NCBI GenBank assembly: GCA_951406725.2
Contig: OX597817.1
Span: 111,848,001-111,912,000, forward strand
Reading direction: 5' to 3'
Origin: Octopus vulgaris
Lineage: Eukaryota
Length of the DNA stretch: 64,000 bases
A model generated the notes under the pieces. The model was not told where the DNA came from. It was given only the letters and a program-made list of their open reading frames with translations, and did no database searches. Positions 28,301 through 38,520 of the stretch are shown in pieces. The translations under genes and the position numbers were made by a program. Each line of letters begins with the position of its first letter. The first letter of the stretch is position 1.

Positions 28301-30467
28301 GAACGAATGTCCTCCAGAGGACCATCATGGTTTCCTTTTCTCTGGTTCTGAAGGTTCTCAGGATCCATCCAGCCATGTGGTTGGAAGCCAGCTTCTTACC
28401 ACACAGGCATGCCTGCACTTTCGTTCAAATAAATTTTATTTATATGAAAAACTTCAAGATACTTACACTGACATTAGGAAAATTAGACTGACTGAAAGTT
28501 TCCCTGAGATTAGAGACTGGCTTGGGCCACATACTAGGTATTGTCTGAAGCACCAATGAGGAGAACTAAAAAAGAAAACATGGAAATAGAAAGAATGTTG
28601 TATTAGCACACATGTATTCTAGTTTCATAAAATATATTCATCTAGATTTAACTGCCAAATTCCATGCAGGTGAGTGATTAGTAATATTCCTTGTAATATG
28701 TTACAAATATGCATTCAGGTATGTTCTAAAATAATGTTTCTCATGGATGGGACACCTCACTCCAAGTGGTTGTGTGTGTATGTGGGCGGGAGATTGAAAA
28801 AGAAACAGATGGCCAAATTCAATAAATAAAGATGATTTTAAACTTTTTAAACTTGTCCAACACCATGGTAGAGAAAAACTAATTATACAGATACAAACAC
28901 CTATTTTGTTTTCTGTGTAAGCCTTTAGCATTTAAACCAGCTATATCCAGCCAAAATATTCTGCCTCTTTCATGTTCAAACATCTACAATGTCATTCTAA
29001 AAATAAACAATCACATCATCGAAATCTTGAAGCCATGAGACAATGCATGATTTATTTAAAACAATGTAAATAAACAAGCAGTACATTTAACAGAGTAATT
29101 TGAATGTTAAAGTGTTAATACAGAGAGGTGGGGAGGGAGTACTAATAATTTATTAGGAGAGAGGGTGTTGGTATTTTTCACTTTGAGAACCAGAGTTCTA
29201 AACTAACTCAGTGATGATAGAAATCATCCTTCCGCTAATACCAACTTTCTATGTAACACTGAGTATTTCCATTTCTACATGAAGTAAAGGAGTTTTAATT
29301 AATTATTTTTTTCATTTTAACCTATTTTCAATAATCTGTAAAAATTTAAAAGTGATATTCAGAAATTTAAGAATTCTGGAACTTAATGGGTTAAGCTACC
29401 CTTCCCTCAAGAATTAGACTGTTCTGCAGCTTGGAAATAATGTTTCATTGAGATCAGTCAAATTCACTTGATCTGAACTTAGTGTATGTAACCTAGCTGG
29501 TTAAATAGACATAGGAGAGAGCAGAGTCTTGTCAAGCCATCCTGCTCTATACTATCATCACTAAGTTATATTTTACCTTAATATCAGATGTCATTCTACT
29601 CTCAAAGCTATATATAGATTTAGATCATGCATAGAAGATGCTATTTGCTTATAACATACAGTAACTACATTATACCATCTGCAGTTGGTGTGGGAGTCTT
29701 AATGACAATTTTATGCCATCAAAACTAACTTGTACATGTAATTGATTTTCTACTTTCATGTATTATATGGAAATGGTAATTGTTGCTGATAGTCATCATA
29801 ATCATTTAATGTCCATTTTCCATTCTGGTATAGGTTGGTTGGTTTGAGAGAAACTGGCAAGACCAGGGGCAGCACCAAGTTCCATAGACTGTTTTGGCTT
29901 GCTTTCTACAACTGGATGCCCTTTCTAATGCCAACCACTTTACAGAGTATATAGGGTGCTTTTTACATGGCACCAGCACAAGTGCTTTTCATGTGACACC
30001 AGCACTAACACTTTTTACGTGGCAGCTTGGTTTTAGGATATCAGTTCTGTTGTGGTGGGCAGGTCTTCTTTAGTACAGTAATGTGCCACCTATCTTGGTT
30101 CTCTGTCATCTTCACAAGGCTCAGCATTTTGAGATCAGCTGTCAATGCTTGGTCTCATGTTTTCCTGGGTCTCCCTCTTCCACATTAAGTGAACAGCACT
30201 TGTTTATGCAATTATCCTCATCCATCTGCACCACATGACCAAATCAGTGCAGTCTCCTCTCTTACACACTGCATATAAGTCCTCTTATGCTTAACTTTCT
30301 TCCAATACACTTATGCACTGTCATACATGTATAATGACATTGCACATACAGCAGCGTGTACCAGTTTTGTTCCTTTCTAGTTTATGCATATCCTCTGCAT
30401 CCAGAGCCCATGTCACACTACTGTGTAGCATTGCAATTCATACACATGCATCATACAATCTTCCTTC

Positions 30468-30499
<32 letters not shown>

Positions 30500-33400
30500 C
30501 TTTTGGTTGCCAACAGAGGCAAAAGCTCTCATCCTAAACTAAAGTAGGAAAAACATAATCACTCTCTGTATTAAGTAAATGAAATGAGCATTACTTACTG
30601 CTAAACATAATCTTGTAAAAATTAGTCGGGGGCCATTTGCATATTCAATAATCTTTTCTAATAACTTGGTCTTCAAAGTTTCATAATCATTTTGAGGAAC
30701 TTCATGCCTTTATAAAGATAAATCAACAAAACTATAAAATAGAATACAAATAATGTAATAATGAAATACATACTATTTTGCTATTTCTTTTTTAAATAAA
30801 AAATATTTATATTGATATATTTTTGTTACTTAGCACCAGGTCAACCTTGTTTAGAAAGCCTGATGTCAAAACATTCCAGCTGTAACCAACATGTCTTTTT
30901 AGGGGTCTATCTAATGTGTCTTTCATTGTTTGAGTTATGAGATTTAGTATTTCTAGTAAGTCAAGCAACTTCATGGAGGCTCTCTTTATGGCTTGTTTTA
31001 TATATGAATATATGAGAGGTCTTCTGGAGAAACCTCGGTTCAAATTCAACACATAGTTTAAATTACAAATTAGTTGAAAAAGACAGATAGTTCTGCAAAG
31101 TAAGTGTGAAAATAAATTAAACTGAAGTTTTCAGTTAATCAGACCTTTATTTATCATGGAAGTTATTTGAAATAGCAAATTATGTGTCATTATTTCACAT
31201 CTGCTGCTGGTTGTTTTGTTGTCACTATGGACAGGCCACATCATTTTCTCACCTTTATGACCAGCCAACAAAGGAACCACCACATACTCACTTTATCTGC
31301 TAGAAATAGTAGCTAAATCTCCCCCTACTGTGTTAAAAAAAGGATAGACCATATATAAAATGAAACATTTAAAAAATTCGCTTCTCAAACACAGGGTTTC
31401 AGATTCAGTTCTATTGCAGGAACCCATGGGCAAGTGTCTTCTACTATAGCCTCTGGTCAACCAAAGCCTTTTAAATGGATTTGGTAGACAGAAACTGAAA
31501 AAATCCCTTTGTATATACACACACAGATCAGATCATCCCATAAGTTCTGTCCGATTTTACCATTTTTAAAATTTAATGAAATTTAATAGTATTTTAGAAT
31601 GTCTAACGGAATTAAAAATTATTTTTATGCCTTTGTGTACATTTAAACTAATTAAATATTATTTTACAGAATAACAGAATTAAAATTTCTTTGATTAAAA
31701 CCCTTTCTAACATGGAAGTATCCAAACAGCATTTGAGGCACATAATGCTTTATGAGTACAAAAAAGGAAACTCTGCAGCCGAAGTGATTCGAAACATGCA
31801 CTCACTTTATGGGAAAGAATGCTGGAATGAAAGAACTTGCAGAAGATGTTTTGCAAAATTCAAAAGTAGAGATTTCATCCTCAAAGATGAAGATCGAAAA
31901 GGATATCCAGTTGAGTTTGATGATAAGCTTCTTGAGACATTACTTGAAGAAAATCCTGCATTATCAGTTGAAGAATTGGCAATAAAGCTTAGTTCACCAT
32001 ACAACTGTTCATCATCATCTTCAACAACTTGGAAAGGTTCCTAAACTTGGAAAATGGGTATCTTATGAATTGTTCGAAAGCAACTGCAAATCTCGAGTTG
32101 ACATCTGCTCTTCTCTCCATTCTTGCAAACTCATTTCACCCTTTTTAGATAGACTTGTGGCTGGTGACAAAAAATGGATCTTCTATTGAAATGTTAAACA
32201 TCGGAAACAGTGGCCTGATAAAAGGGAAAAAGCTCAACCACAACCGAGAAGGGAACTTCATGGGAAAAAGGTTCTTCTCTCCATCTGGTGGGATTGCAAA
32301 AGAGTAATTCACTTTGAATTGTTACTACCTAATGCAACAATCAATGCTCAAGTCTACAGTCAGCAATTTGAGCGTTTGAACCAAGCTTTGAAGAAAAAAA
32401 GACCCGCTTTAGTGAATCAAAAAGAAGTGAAGTTACATCAGGACAATGCACAACCCCACACTACAAAGATCACATTACAGAAGATCGAAGAGCTTGGTTG
32501 GGAAAAATTCCTCATTCCCCTTATTCTCCTGACCTTGCTCCTTCAGACTACCATTTGTTTCGTAGTTTACAGAATCATTTGGGGGATATAACTTTCACAA
32601 ACCAGGAGGAGGTCGAAACTGACATTTTAGAGTTCTTTGCTTTGAAACCAAAAGAGTTTTACAGTGATGGGATTAAAAAGCTTGTAAATAGATGGAAGGA
32701 AGTCATAGATAATCAGGGAAAGTACATTGATGATTAAATTTCAATTAAATATAACATTTGATCACTTGTTTCCTTTATTCAAAATTTGGACAGAACTTAT
32801 GGGATGACCTGATATATATCTCACCATGACCAGCCGCATTTTAACATCCACTTTTTCATGGCAACATAGGCTAGACAAAATATATTAAGGTGGATTTTAT
32901 ATAAGTGGATACCTTTCCTATCACCAACCCTCATTTGCTTCCAAGTAAAGTAATATTTCTCCATGACCAGGCACATTTTCATAAATGACTGGAGGCAAAG
33001 GATGCTGTTCGCATGATGGTGGCATGGTTACAACTATCGTGCAATGTCAACCAAAGAGACAGTAACACACACACAAACACACAAAATAAAGTGATAGGTG
33101 TAAGTGAGTATCACCAGCATATAAGTGGTGTCCTTCAGTTTCAATCATCTGTGAAAAGATATCCAACCAAAGAGAAATATTACCTTGAAACAGATGAGGG
33201 TTGGCAACTGGAAGGGCATCCACTTATAGAAAATCTGTCTTAATGAATTTTATTCAACCAATGTGAGCATGGAAAAGCAAACATTAAAACAACAATGATG
33301 TTGATGATGAAATAAATATTGCCAAGATCAACTACCTTTCATCATGATCAATAAAATATAAATAAAATATTGTGGTTGATATACGACAATAGCCTCTACC

Positions 33401-35526
33401 CAATTTGTGGTCTTGTGCTAATGATAAAAGGCATTATGTGTAAGATTTTAGTACATAAAAGCACCACATAAGAACCTTTTTTGTACGTTATATTTTAAAT
33501 TTAGTATGAATTTTTTCAAAAGTTAGTTATCTTACTGTACTCTCACTTCCTTAAATATTTTTTTAAAATATACAATCAGTTAACAGTTTTTAAAAATATA
33601 ACAAAATGTTTAAAGAGAGTAACTCACCAAAACTTGGATATTTTCTGATGCAGGCAACTTGCAGCAAAAAACTGCACTTCTGGACTCTAAAGGATGAAAA
33701 CAAAATAACAATTCAATTGAAAGATAAATAAAATAGTTTTAATAAATTTCTAATTAAATAAGGTAATTATATATTTTTTACTTAAAATCATGCAACAAAA
33801 ACTAAGTAGAACATTAAAAGCTGAGTGTCAAGTTCAAGATCAACAATAATACAATCTTTTCTCATAATTTGTCTGGAGTTGACAACCGAATTGCACCGTT
33901 TCATTAGACAATATTGATAAAAGCTTTCTTCTTGTTTAGTAACTTGAAGCTAATTGTTGTCATTTTTGTTTCTTGTTGAATAGTCTGGGTCAGTTCTAAA
34001 GGTTTCCAATCAAATGCATGCAGCAAATTCATAGACCCTGTATTCCCAGTAACTTATGAGTTGCTGTATAGTATTGTCATTTGAGCTGCTTGATTTAATA
34101 ATGTAAATGTCTCCTGAATACAAGGGGCTTCTAAGGGTTACTGCTTGGAACCAAGTTCCTGACATTAAAAATATGAGACAAATTTCCCCTTTGGTACAAC
34201 ACCAATCTATTACAAATAACATTCTTAGAAGATATGGTATATACTCCCAACTGTTCATTTCATCCTTCTTTATGTTTTGAGTTCAAATTTCGCCAAGGAC
34301 AAATTTGCCTTTCATCCTTTTGAGATCAATAAAATAAGATCAATATAAGTGGCTTATCCTCAACCCCAAACTTACTGGCCTTGAGCCGAAATTTGAGACC
34401 AATATATTCCCAACAATTTAGTTCACTAACACATATAGTTAAGGCAAATATGTAATGAAATACGATCAGTGAATTTGAAGTCAAGGTCTATGAGCTGGTA
34501 GTCTAATACCAAATTCACTCAGCCATTATACACTTGCTTGCTCAATATGGCAATTACATTTGTAAACCTCAGAACAATATGTTCACTGTAAAGATAGAAT
34601 GATTAGTCACAGTTAGCACAGTCTTTCAATTAGAATACTGTTTGAACATAATATGACAAAAATTACTCAAGCAAACATTTGTTCTAAAGATACAAGAAAT
34701 ACATTATAAAACTTTGACTTTGAACAGTGGTAAGCATATCTAAAACAAATGTCCATTATTATGATACTACTAACATTACCAATTATATTAAAGAAGCTAT
34801 CAAAGAACCAAAGGTAATAAATTCAGGTAAATTAGTTACTGTACCTGGTTAGGGTCAAGAAGTTGCCAAACAAATACCCATGCTTCAGGTGCTACCCGGG
34901 CTTTAGTTAGCCACGTATGAACTTGAGGTTTCTGATCAGAACTGAAATAGAATTGGCTCACAGCCTAAAAGAATGAACGACAACTCATTATTATATGGTA
35001 TTTGAACATTTCATATATATAAATGATAAAAGATGAAATAGTGATGTTTTGGCTATTAAATATTATATTATTCTGCTCTTTGTATTGAGTAATGGTCAGT
35101 CACTCACTCACACACATATATAAATGTATGTGTATATATATATATTTACAGGTATAACAAAACCATTAGCACATATATATGTATATGTGTGTGTGCGTAT
35201 ATATATATATATATATATATATAATTCCAAGAAAGTTAGAGGCTGTGAATCCAACCAACTTCAGTCTACTGGAGGGATAAAGGTAGAATGAGGTATTTTT
35301 GCCTCTTGGCTGAAACAGCTGTAAGATATTATCCCAATTTCTGTTCCTGTATGTTATATATTTTAATAATTACTGATATCTTTAAATATTATATATGTAA
35401 AGTATGTTATACATGTATGTATATTATTATAATTGTCATTTTAGTAAATAAATAAATCATCATAATATAATGTCTAAAAGTTGATGAGTATCACCTATTG
35501 ATCACCTCCGTTTTCTTATTGCTCTC

Positions 35527-35600
<74 letters not shown>

Positions 35601-36137
35601 TCCAAGTAGAAAACTAAGCATTATACAGATAGAATTATTACCACCAGTCATTTGATCATAAGGTTTTTTTAATGTTTACCATAAAATCAGCCCTAGAAAA
35701 CTTTTCTTTTATTTATAATAGCTTTTCCTTAGAGAAAATATTTTGATGAGTATTTTGCATCATATTCCACATTTATATGAGAAAGGAAAATAATCAAATC
35801 AATACATAACATATATACAAATGATATTTACTTAGATGTGACTTCTTGAGGGGATTAATGATATCAGAAACAAATTTGGACCTTTGCTTAATATGAAAAT
35901 TATTTAAGTAATAATAAAATTAAGTTAGACCTAAAAAATCACATAAAGGGAACTTTTATGTTGTTAGTTTAAACTGTTCACACCTTGCAACAGTCAATTA
36001 TAAGTATTACTAACTATAATGAAAAAATAAGTGTTTTTTCAGTGATAATTTTTCTCATGCTTAGTTTACAAACATAAATATGTAGAGATCCTCAAGTTAC
36101 AACAAACCTGTATAACATTACTTGATGTAAATTCCAT
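467..36137 (-). CDS. IPO13: Importin-13, 20 coding exons in window, 3' end lies beyond position 1
   Basis: Hand-spliced exons (all GT-AG, phases consistent, 2061 nt = 687 codons) give motifs matching importin-13: MEFTSSNVIQAVSQFY, PEAWVFVWQLLDP, PEVQFFAASCLHQKISKFW, LTVIPEEF, LPQYRKG, CTGLPGYYPVDETCSELTFTFWY, KEQFRCYRHDIGDT. Confidence 0.95.
1776..2843 (-). mobile_element. Internally deleted piggyBac-type DNA transposon
   Basis: TTAA TSD at 1772-1775 and 2844-2847, TIR CCCTTTCGTTAC; minus-strand remnant from ATG 2573 with acidic N-terminus and LDYFFLLF*..IITAETNRYA motif of piggyBac/PGBD transposases. Confidence 0.88.
3272..3418 (-). CDS. IPO13: IPO13 exon 19 (PSKPIWEAINQKLDMLSWLISTIN...NQPNP)
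   Basis: ttttag/GTAAGT, 147 nt; includes acidic loop. Confidence 0.92.
3465..4160 (+). mobile_element. RTE LINE 3' end with (GAT)n tail
   Basis: HWYGHV...GRGRPRKPW motif followed by repeated 3' UTR modules. Confidence 0.75.
4340..4388. repeat. (TA)n microsatellite
   Basis: Direct inspection. Confidence 0.95.
4703..4906. mobile_element. mariner-type MITE (204 bp) nested in a SINE's TA tract
   Basis: TA flanks; TIR TGAGGGGGTACTGAAAAGT / ACTTTTCAGCACCCCCTCA. Confidence 0.8.
5705..5839 (-). CDS. IPO13: IPO13 exon 18 (PKELTRMMAITGHVLSVL...LISPQIQELELLAKEE)
   Basis: tttgcag/GTACAG, 135 nt; overlaps ORF 5669..5932. Confidence 0.92.
6098..6124 (-). CDS. IPO13: IPO13 exon 17, 27 nt (NVLERKTLK)
   Basis: tttcag/GTAAGA; fills the gap corresponding to DVLMKQIHK in human IPO13. 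Confidence 0.85.
6380..8350 (-). mobile_element. Highly decayed LINE (RT/endonuclease remnants)
   Basis: Only traces of DISKA, VLSP and SY.D motifs on minus strand; strong strand-asymmetric composition. Confidence 0.4.
9481..9662 (-). CDS. IPO13: IPO13 exon 16 (GSFAEWLNWNPDVLQSVIPMLLEALQNPE...LPPFAPQILTACQ)
   Basis: AG/GTAAGC, 182 nt; overlaps ORF 9448..9645. Confidence 0.93.
11110..11326 (+). mobile_element. piggyBac-type MITE, second family
   Basis: TTAA flanks, ends CCCTTTAGCATT...AATGCTCAAAGG. Confidence 0.75.
11347..11560 (+). mobile_element. tRNA-derived SINE family B (other copies at 10195-10390-, 12945-13160-, 22995-23215, 34255-34405, 39150-39345, 44325-44735 x2, 52455-52670, 54485-54700, 55410-55590)
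   Basis: gagctggcagaa...gagttcaaattcc head plus core gcctttcatcctttcggggtcgataaataagtaccag. Confidence 0.85.
11794..12362 (+). mobile_element. Internally deleted mariner (569 bp)
   Basis: TA TSD, ~30-bp TIRs (TTGGGTTGTCCGGAAAGTT...); transposase start MEDKKVHFQHLMLWE joined to C-terminus LPHPPYSPDIAPSDFHLFRSLQN. Confidence 0.92.
12722..12869 (-). CDS. IPO13: IPO13 exon 15 (VFEGIFFLYSAIAERVELSE...TTLAMIG)
   Basis: ttttcag/GTAAGT, 148 nt. Confidence 0.92.
12945..13160 (-). mobile_element. SINE family B copy
   Basis: Reverse complement of 11347-11560. Confidence 0.85.
13764..13859 (-). CDS. IPO13: IPO13 exon 14 (MYSFTILKDFILPYLWSVLNNSAQATHDVQWQ)
   Basis: cttccag/GTAATT, 96 nt. Confidence 0.92.
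15163..15212 (-). CDS. IPO13: IPO13 exon 13 (EQKEQFRCYRHDIGDTM)
   Basis: AG/GTAATT, 50 nt. Confidence 0.93.
16311..16449 (-). CDS. IPO13: IPO13 exon 12 (DELVELGSD...LVEVLLTKVQYPPDQEYNSWST)
   Basis: poly-T AG acceptor, GTAAGC donor, 139 nt. Confidence 0.93.
16690..16990 (+). mobile_element. CR1-like LINE 3' end
   Basis: FFTLRIAEAWNKLP motif; similar to 53265-53535. Confidence 0.7.
17419..17499 (-). CDS. IPO13: IPO13 exon 11 (ACTGLPGYYPVDETCSELTFTFWYAIQ)
   Basis: AG/GTATGA, 81 nt; highly conserved IPO13 motif. Confidence 0.95.
18487..18618 (-). CDS. IPO13: IPO13 exon 10 (EVCSIICRLVVSIAETHSKLL...LMYMVM)
   Basis: ttttag/GTATGT, 132 nt. Confidence 0.92.
18915..19103 (-). mobile_element. Decayed MITE related to 56191-56401
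   Basis: Reverse-complement similarity of internal sequence; ends eroded. Confidence 0.45.
19325..20110 (-). mobile_element. RTE-clade LINE reverse transcriptase fragment
   Basis: GKAPGP, YKGKGD, NYRDIKLL, QFGFVPGKSTTDAIF, AFVDMEKAFDRVP, GVHQGSVL. Confidence 0.92.
20209..20293 (-). CDS. IPO13: IPO13 exon 9 (FPYTVQKLLPHVIQLQPVLKRAIDEKNI)
   Basis: tttcag/GTAAGT, 85 nt. Confidence 0.92.
20541..20912 (+). mobile_element. SINE family A, near full-length copy
   Basis: Colinear with 52858-53210. Confidence 0.85.
21684..21897 (-). CDS. IPO13: IPO13 exon 8 (VITLLENLMASSPTNMKLETLKCINSW...HPDSHR)
   Basis: ctctctacag acceptor, GTAAGT donor, 214 nt; overlaps ORF 21680..21874. Confidence 0.92.
23308..23380 (-). 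CDS. IPO13: IPO13 exon 7 (FFSVYLPQYRKGVVKNYLSNELKD)
   Basis: AG/GTAAGA, 73 nt; LPQYRKG as in vertebrate IPO13. Confidence 0.92.
25169..25222 (-). CDS. IPO13: IPO13 exon 6 (EYNLCEALIETLTVIPEE)
   Basis: CAG/GTATGT, 54 nt; LTVxPEE motif. Confidence 0.93.
25316..25387. repeat. Compound (TG)n(TA)n(GA)n microsatellite
   Basis: Direct inspection. Confidence 0.95.
25388..25875 (+). mobile_element. 5' fragment of Tc1/mariner-superfamily (probably DD37D/maT-like) transposon
   Basis: Translates to EIQVMIDNDPFKSIRSITRDMGESEFFIRQVVHEDIRYSSYK (HTH region); truncated by an RTE fragment. Confidence 0.6.
25872..27000 (-). mobile_element. RTE-clade LINE 5' fragment (APE endonuclease and linker)
   Basis: VTGDFNGHIG, HGGYGFGSRNEE, NTNFRKP, WWNN; shares ~140 bp with 19970-20110. 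Confidence 0.9.
27800..28375 (-). mobile_element. CR1/L2-like LINE 3' RT fragment
   Basis: WILRTFRTR...LWRTFVLSCLDYCSQLWSP...LEAIQ; YWERLKQLRLYSLERR. Confidence 0.82.
28467..28565 (-). CDS. IPO13: IPO13 exon 5 (FSSLVLQTIPSMWPKPVSNLRETFSQSNFPNVS)
   Basis: AG/GTAAGT, 99 nt. Confidence 0.92.
28921..29114 (-). mobile_element. Decayed copy of the 11110-11326 MITE in opposite orientation
   Basis: Reverse-complement similarity along its length, decayed CCTTTAGCATT ends. Confidence 0.65.
29800..30530 (-). mobile_element. RTE LINE 3' end
   Basis: Reverse complement of the same WFGHV / RGRPRKTW region and tail. Confidence 0.7.
30599..30707 (-). CDS. IPO13: IPO13 exon 4 (HEVPQNDYETLKTKLLEKIIEYANGPRLIFTRLCLA)
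   Basis: AG/GTAAGT, 109 nt. Confidence 0.93.
31528..32812 (+). mobile_element. Full-length (1285 bp) degenerate mariner, DD34D transposase pseudogene
   Basis: TIRs TCAG(A/G)TCATCCCATAAGTTCTGTCC; transposase 31712-32737 with WVSYEL, VAGDKKW, HQDNAQPH, YSPDLAPSDYHLF; frameshifts and stop. Confidence 0.95.
33628..33686 (-). CDS. IPO13: IPO13 exon 3 (SPEVQFFAASCLHQKISKFW)
   Basis: AG/GTGAGT, 59 nt; importin-beta N-terminal motif. Confidence 0.93.
34845..34964 (-). CDS. IPO13: IPO13 exon 2 (AVSQFYFSSDQKPQVHTWLTKARVAPEAWVFVWQLLDPNQ)
   Basis: ttttag acceptor, GTACAG donor, 120 nt. Confidence 0.93.
35531..35600. repeat. (TA)n(CA)n microsatellite
   Basis: Direct inspection. Confidence 0.95.
36108..36137 (-). 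CDS. IPO13: IPO13 coding exon 1 (MEFTSSNVIQ)
   Basis: ATG at 36137, donor CAG|GTTTGT; resembles the IPO13 N-terminus (DFTVENVEK); acceptor tttctattaatag at 36161 implies an upstream non-coding exon. Confidence 0.85.
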
Positions 36138-38390
36138 TTTTCAGAACAGCTCCATTATCTCTATTAATAGAAATAGTTGCAATGAATATTTCAATACATA
36201 CATATAACACACTTATTTTAAAAAGTATTATTAACTTACAAACAAAACCATTTACAAACCAAGACACAAAGAAATTTCTAGCAACATTATTTTTTCATGT
36301 CTGAATGTATTCTATCCAATCTCAAAATCATTAAAAAAATTTTTTTTTAATAAGGCAAGCCACATTATTCTGATCTCTATCAATCATCAGAATAAAGAAT
36401 AAGATCTATTATGTTGTAGTGTCTCTCGATAATTCCCTTAATGTAGCAGCAATTATAACTTGTCAGAAATTGAGTATTTTTAAAAGAATTAGTTCTTTAA
36501 TTTAACATGCTAGATGTAAGAGCATACTGTTTTGGGGAGACTAATGAAATAATTTTTAACTAGGTATGAATTGAACCCAAGATATGATGATACGATAAAG
36601 ATGGTACCTACCAGTAATATTCCTAACATTATTAGAAGAATCTATAACATTAAACAAGAATTGGTTTTAGTCTGAAGTACGAGTTTTAATGTCTATATGA
36701 CTTCAGGAAACTACGAAGTAAGGCTATGTTAGATAACTATGTGTTTAAGTTCTTATAGTGACCTAAACATATTGCAATTACCGAGATGTGTTATAAAAAA
36801 TTACGGTGAAATTGAGTAGAATTCTATCAGAATATGGTAGTTTCGACCTTTTAGCCTTCTAGAATAGCTCTGTATGTTTATAAAGTGTATTTATTATTAT
36901 GCTAACTCATATAAAACAATTAAAATTTGCTTTATTCAAATGACAAAATAGTTTCATGCAGAAATGCAATGGGAGGTTACAGAGATGGGGCAAAAACGAT
37001 TGCAATACAACGTTGTTATAAATATACATATGATTGAATGATAAACGTAATTCGGCTAATAACACAGCCTTCGATAAATAATCTTACTTCTTATACAATG
37101 AGATGACTTCGTACAAAAACTTCTTGAGATTAAGTAATAGCTTACAAAACTTTCCCGTTAGACTGATCAAATTCCTTAATACTTCCTTTTCTTCGTACCC
37201 ATCTTCCCAGAAATAATTCTCGTCTTAAATGGAGTTGAAATTGAATTCCCTTAAAAAAACATTGCCTTGAAATTGCAACCGCTACATCCTACATACTTTA
37301 CAGGGGGGAAAAATCGATAAGATACTGCATCCTTGTGGTACGTCCTGGAGAACAGATGACGCACAAAACATTGTTATTAGCAGTAAATAGCAAACAATAG
37401 TAATTTTTTTGTTCTCCACTCTACCTATGTACCATATGTAACCAAAGTGTCTGCATATCAAAGTAGCACGTAATAAAGTTAATCAGGTTTTTAGAATGTT
37501 CGTAATTAATTCCAGTTTCGGTAATAATTATAAATACACTATAACGTATGTTTAGTCTCCTATGGAAAGAGAGACCGACATCCCAATGTAAACATGTAAC
37601 GGATAAATCACATAGCGGATTTAAACACAAACGAGCCCGGCTGTCGATAGGATGTCAAAATGTAAACAAGCATTATTTCTTTAATAAACAACTTGATAAC
37701 ATTTACAATCTGAAGATCATACACATATTACTAACACATATAATAGCCGGCTATATAAGATAGGAACAGTCTGGTGTCTATGATTATATATTATTTATTA
37801 AAGGAAAATTAACAAAAATCATATTTAAAATTAATTTAGGGAAAAATACTATAATGTTTCTTTGTTTTACAATACTGAATTCTCCTTTACGTATACTTAT
37901 GTTATATTTTTTCGTGGATAATGATTAAAATAAAGTTTAAAACAGGCTACAGAATGTGTTTGCAATATGTCTATGTAAAAACTACATCGAAATTACATAT
38001 GCTAATCTAAGTATGAAAACAGTAATTTCTAAACGACCTGAAATATAAATGCCGCATTGAGAAGTAAACAACATTTACATATCGGATAAATGTGTGTGCG
38101 TGTGTGAGTGTTTTGTATGTAATTTACTCAGCTGTTTGTAAATGAAAAAGAAAGAAGATTGGTAACAAACAAAATACCGCATGGATCAATGTACAAGAGA
38201 AATTTAATTAAAGAATAGTTTAAGTATCTCAGAATAAATAACAAAGGAAATGTACCTTAATGACAAGAAAATATGCTTAAAATTAATTAGAAGTGATATA
38301 AATGTTAGAAAAGACCGGGAAACTTAAGTCGGAATACCATAAGATGTCTCCCCACCTAAGTCGTCTCAGTCGTTTCATTATCACAATCTA

Positions 38391-38520
38391 CACTCACTTC
38401 CGTTTGCTGCCTTCTTTCTCATTTGTCTTCAGTTTCCCCACCTTTATTCCATAATCGGGAGTGTGGACATTGGAAAACCTGAATTACTTCCCTTGTTTTA
38501 ATTAGCAATCAAACAATTAA
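38391..38520 (-). promoter_or_regulatory. Candidate IPO13 5' non-coding exon/promoter (donor GTGAGT at 38397, ETS-like CGGAAGT)
   Basis: Locally CpG-richer unique sequence, consensus donor; IPO13 ATG exon has an acceptor needing an upstream exon. Confidence 0.4.
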
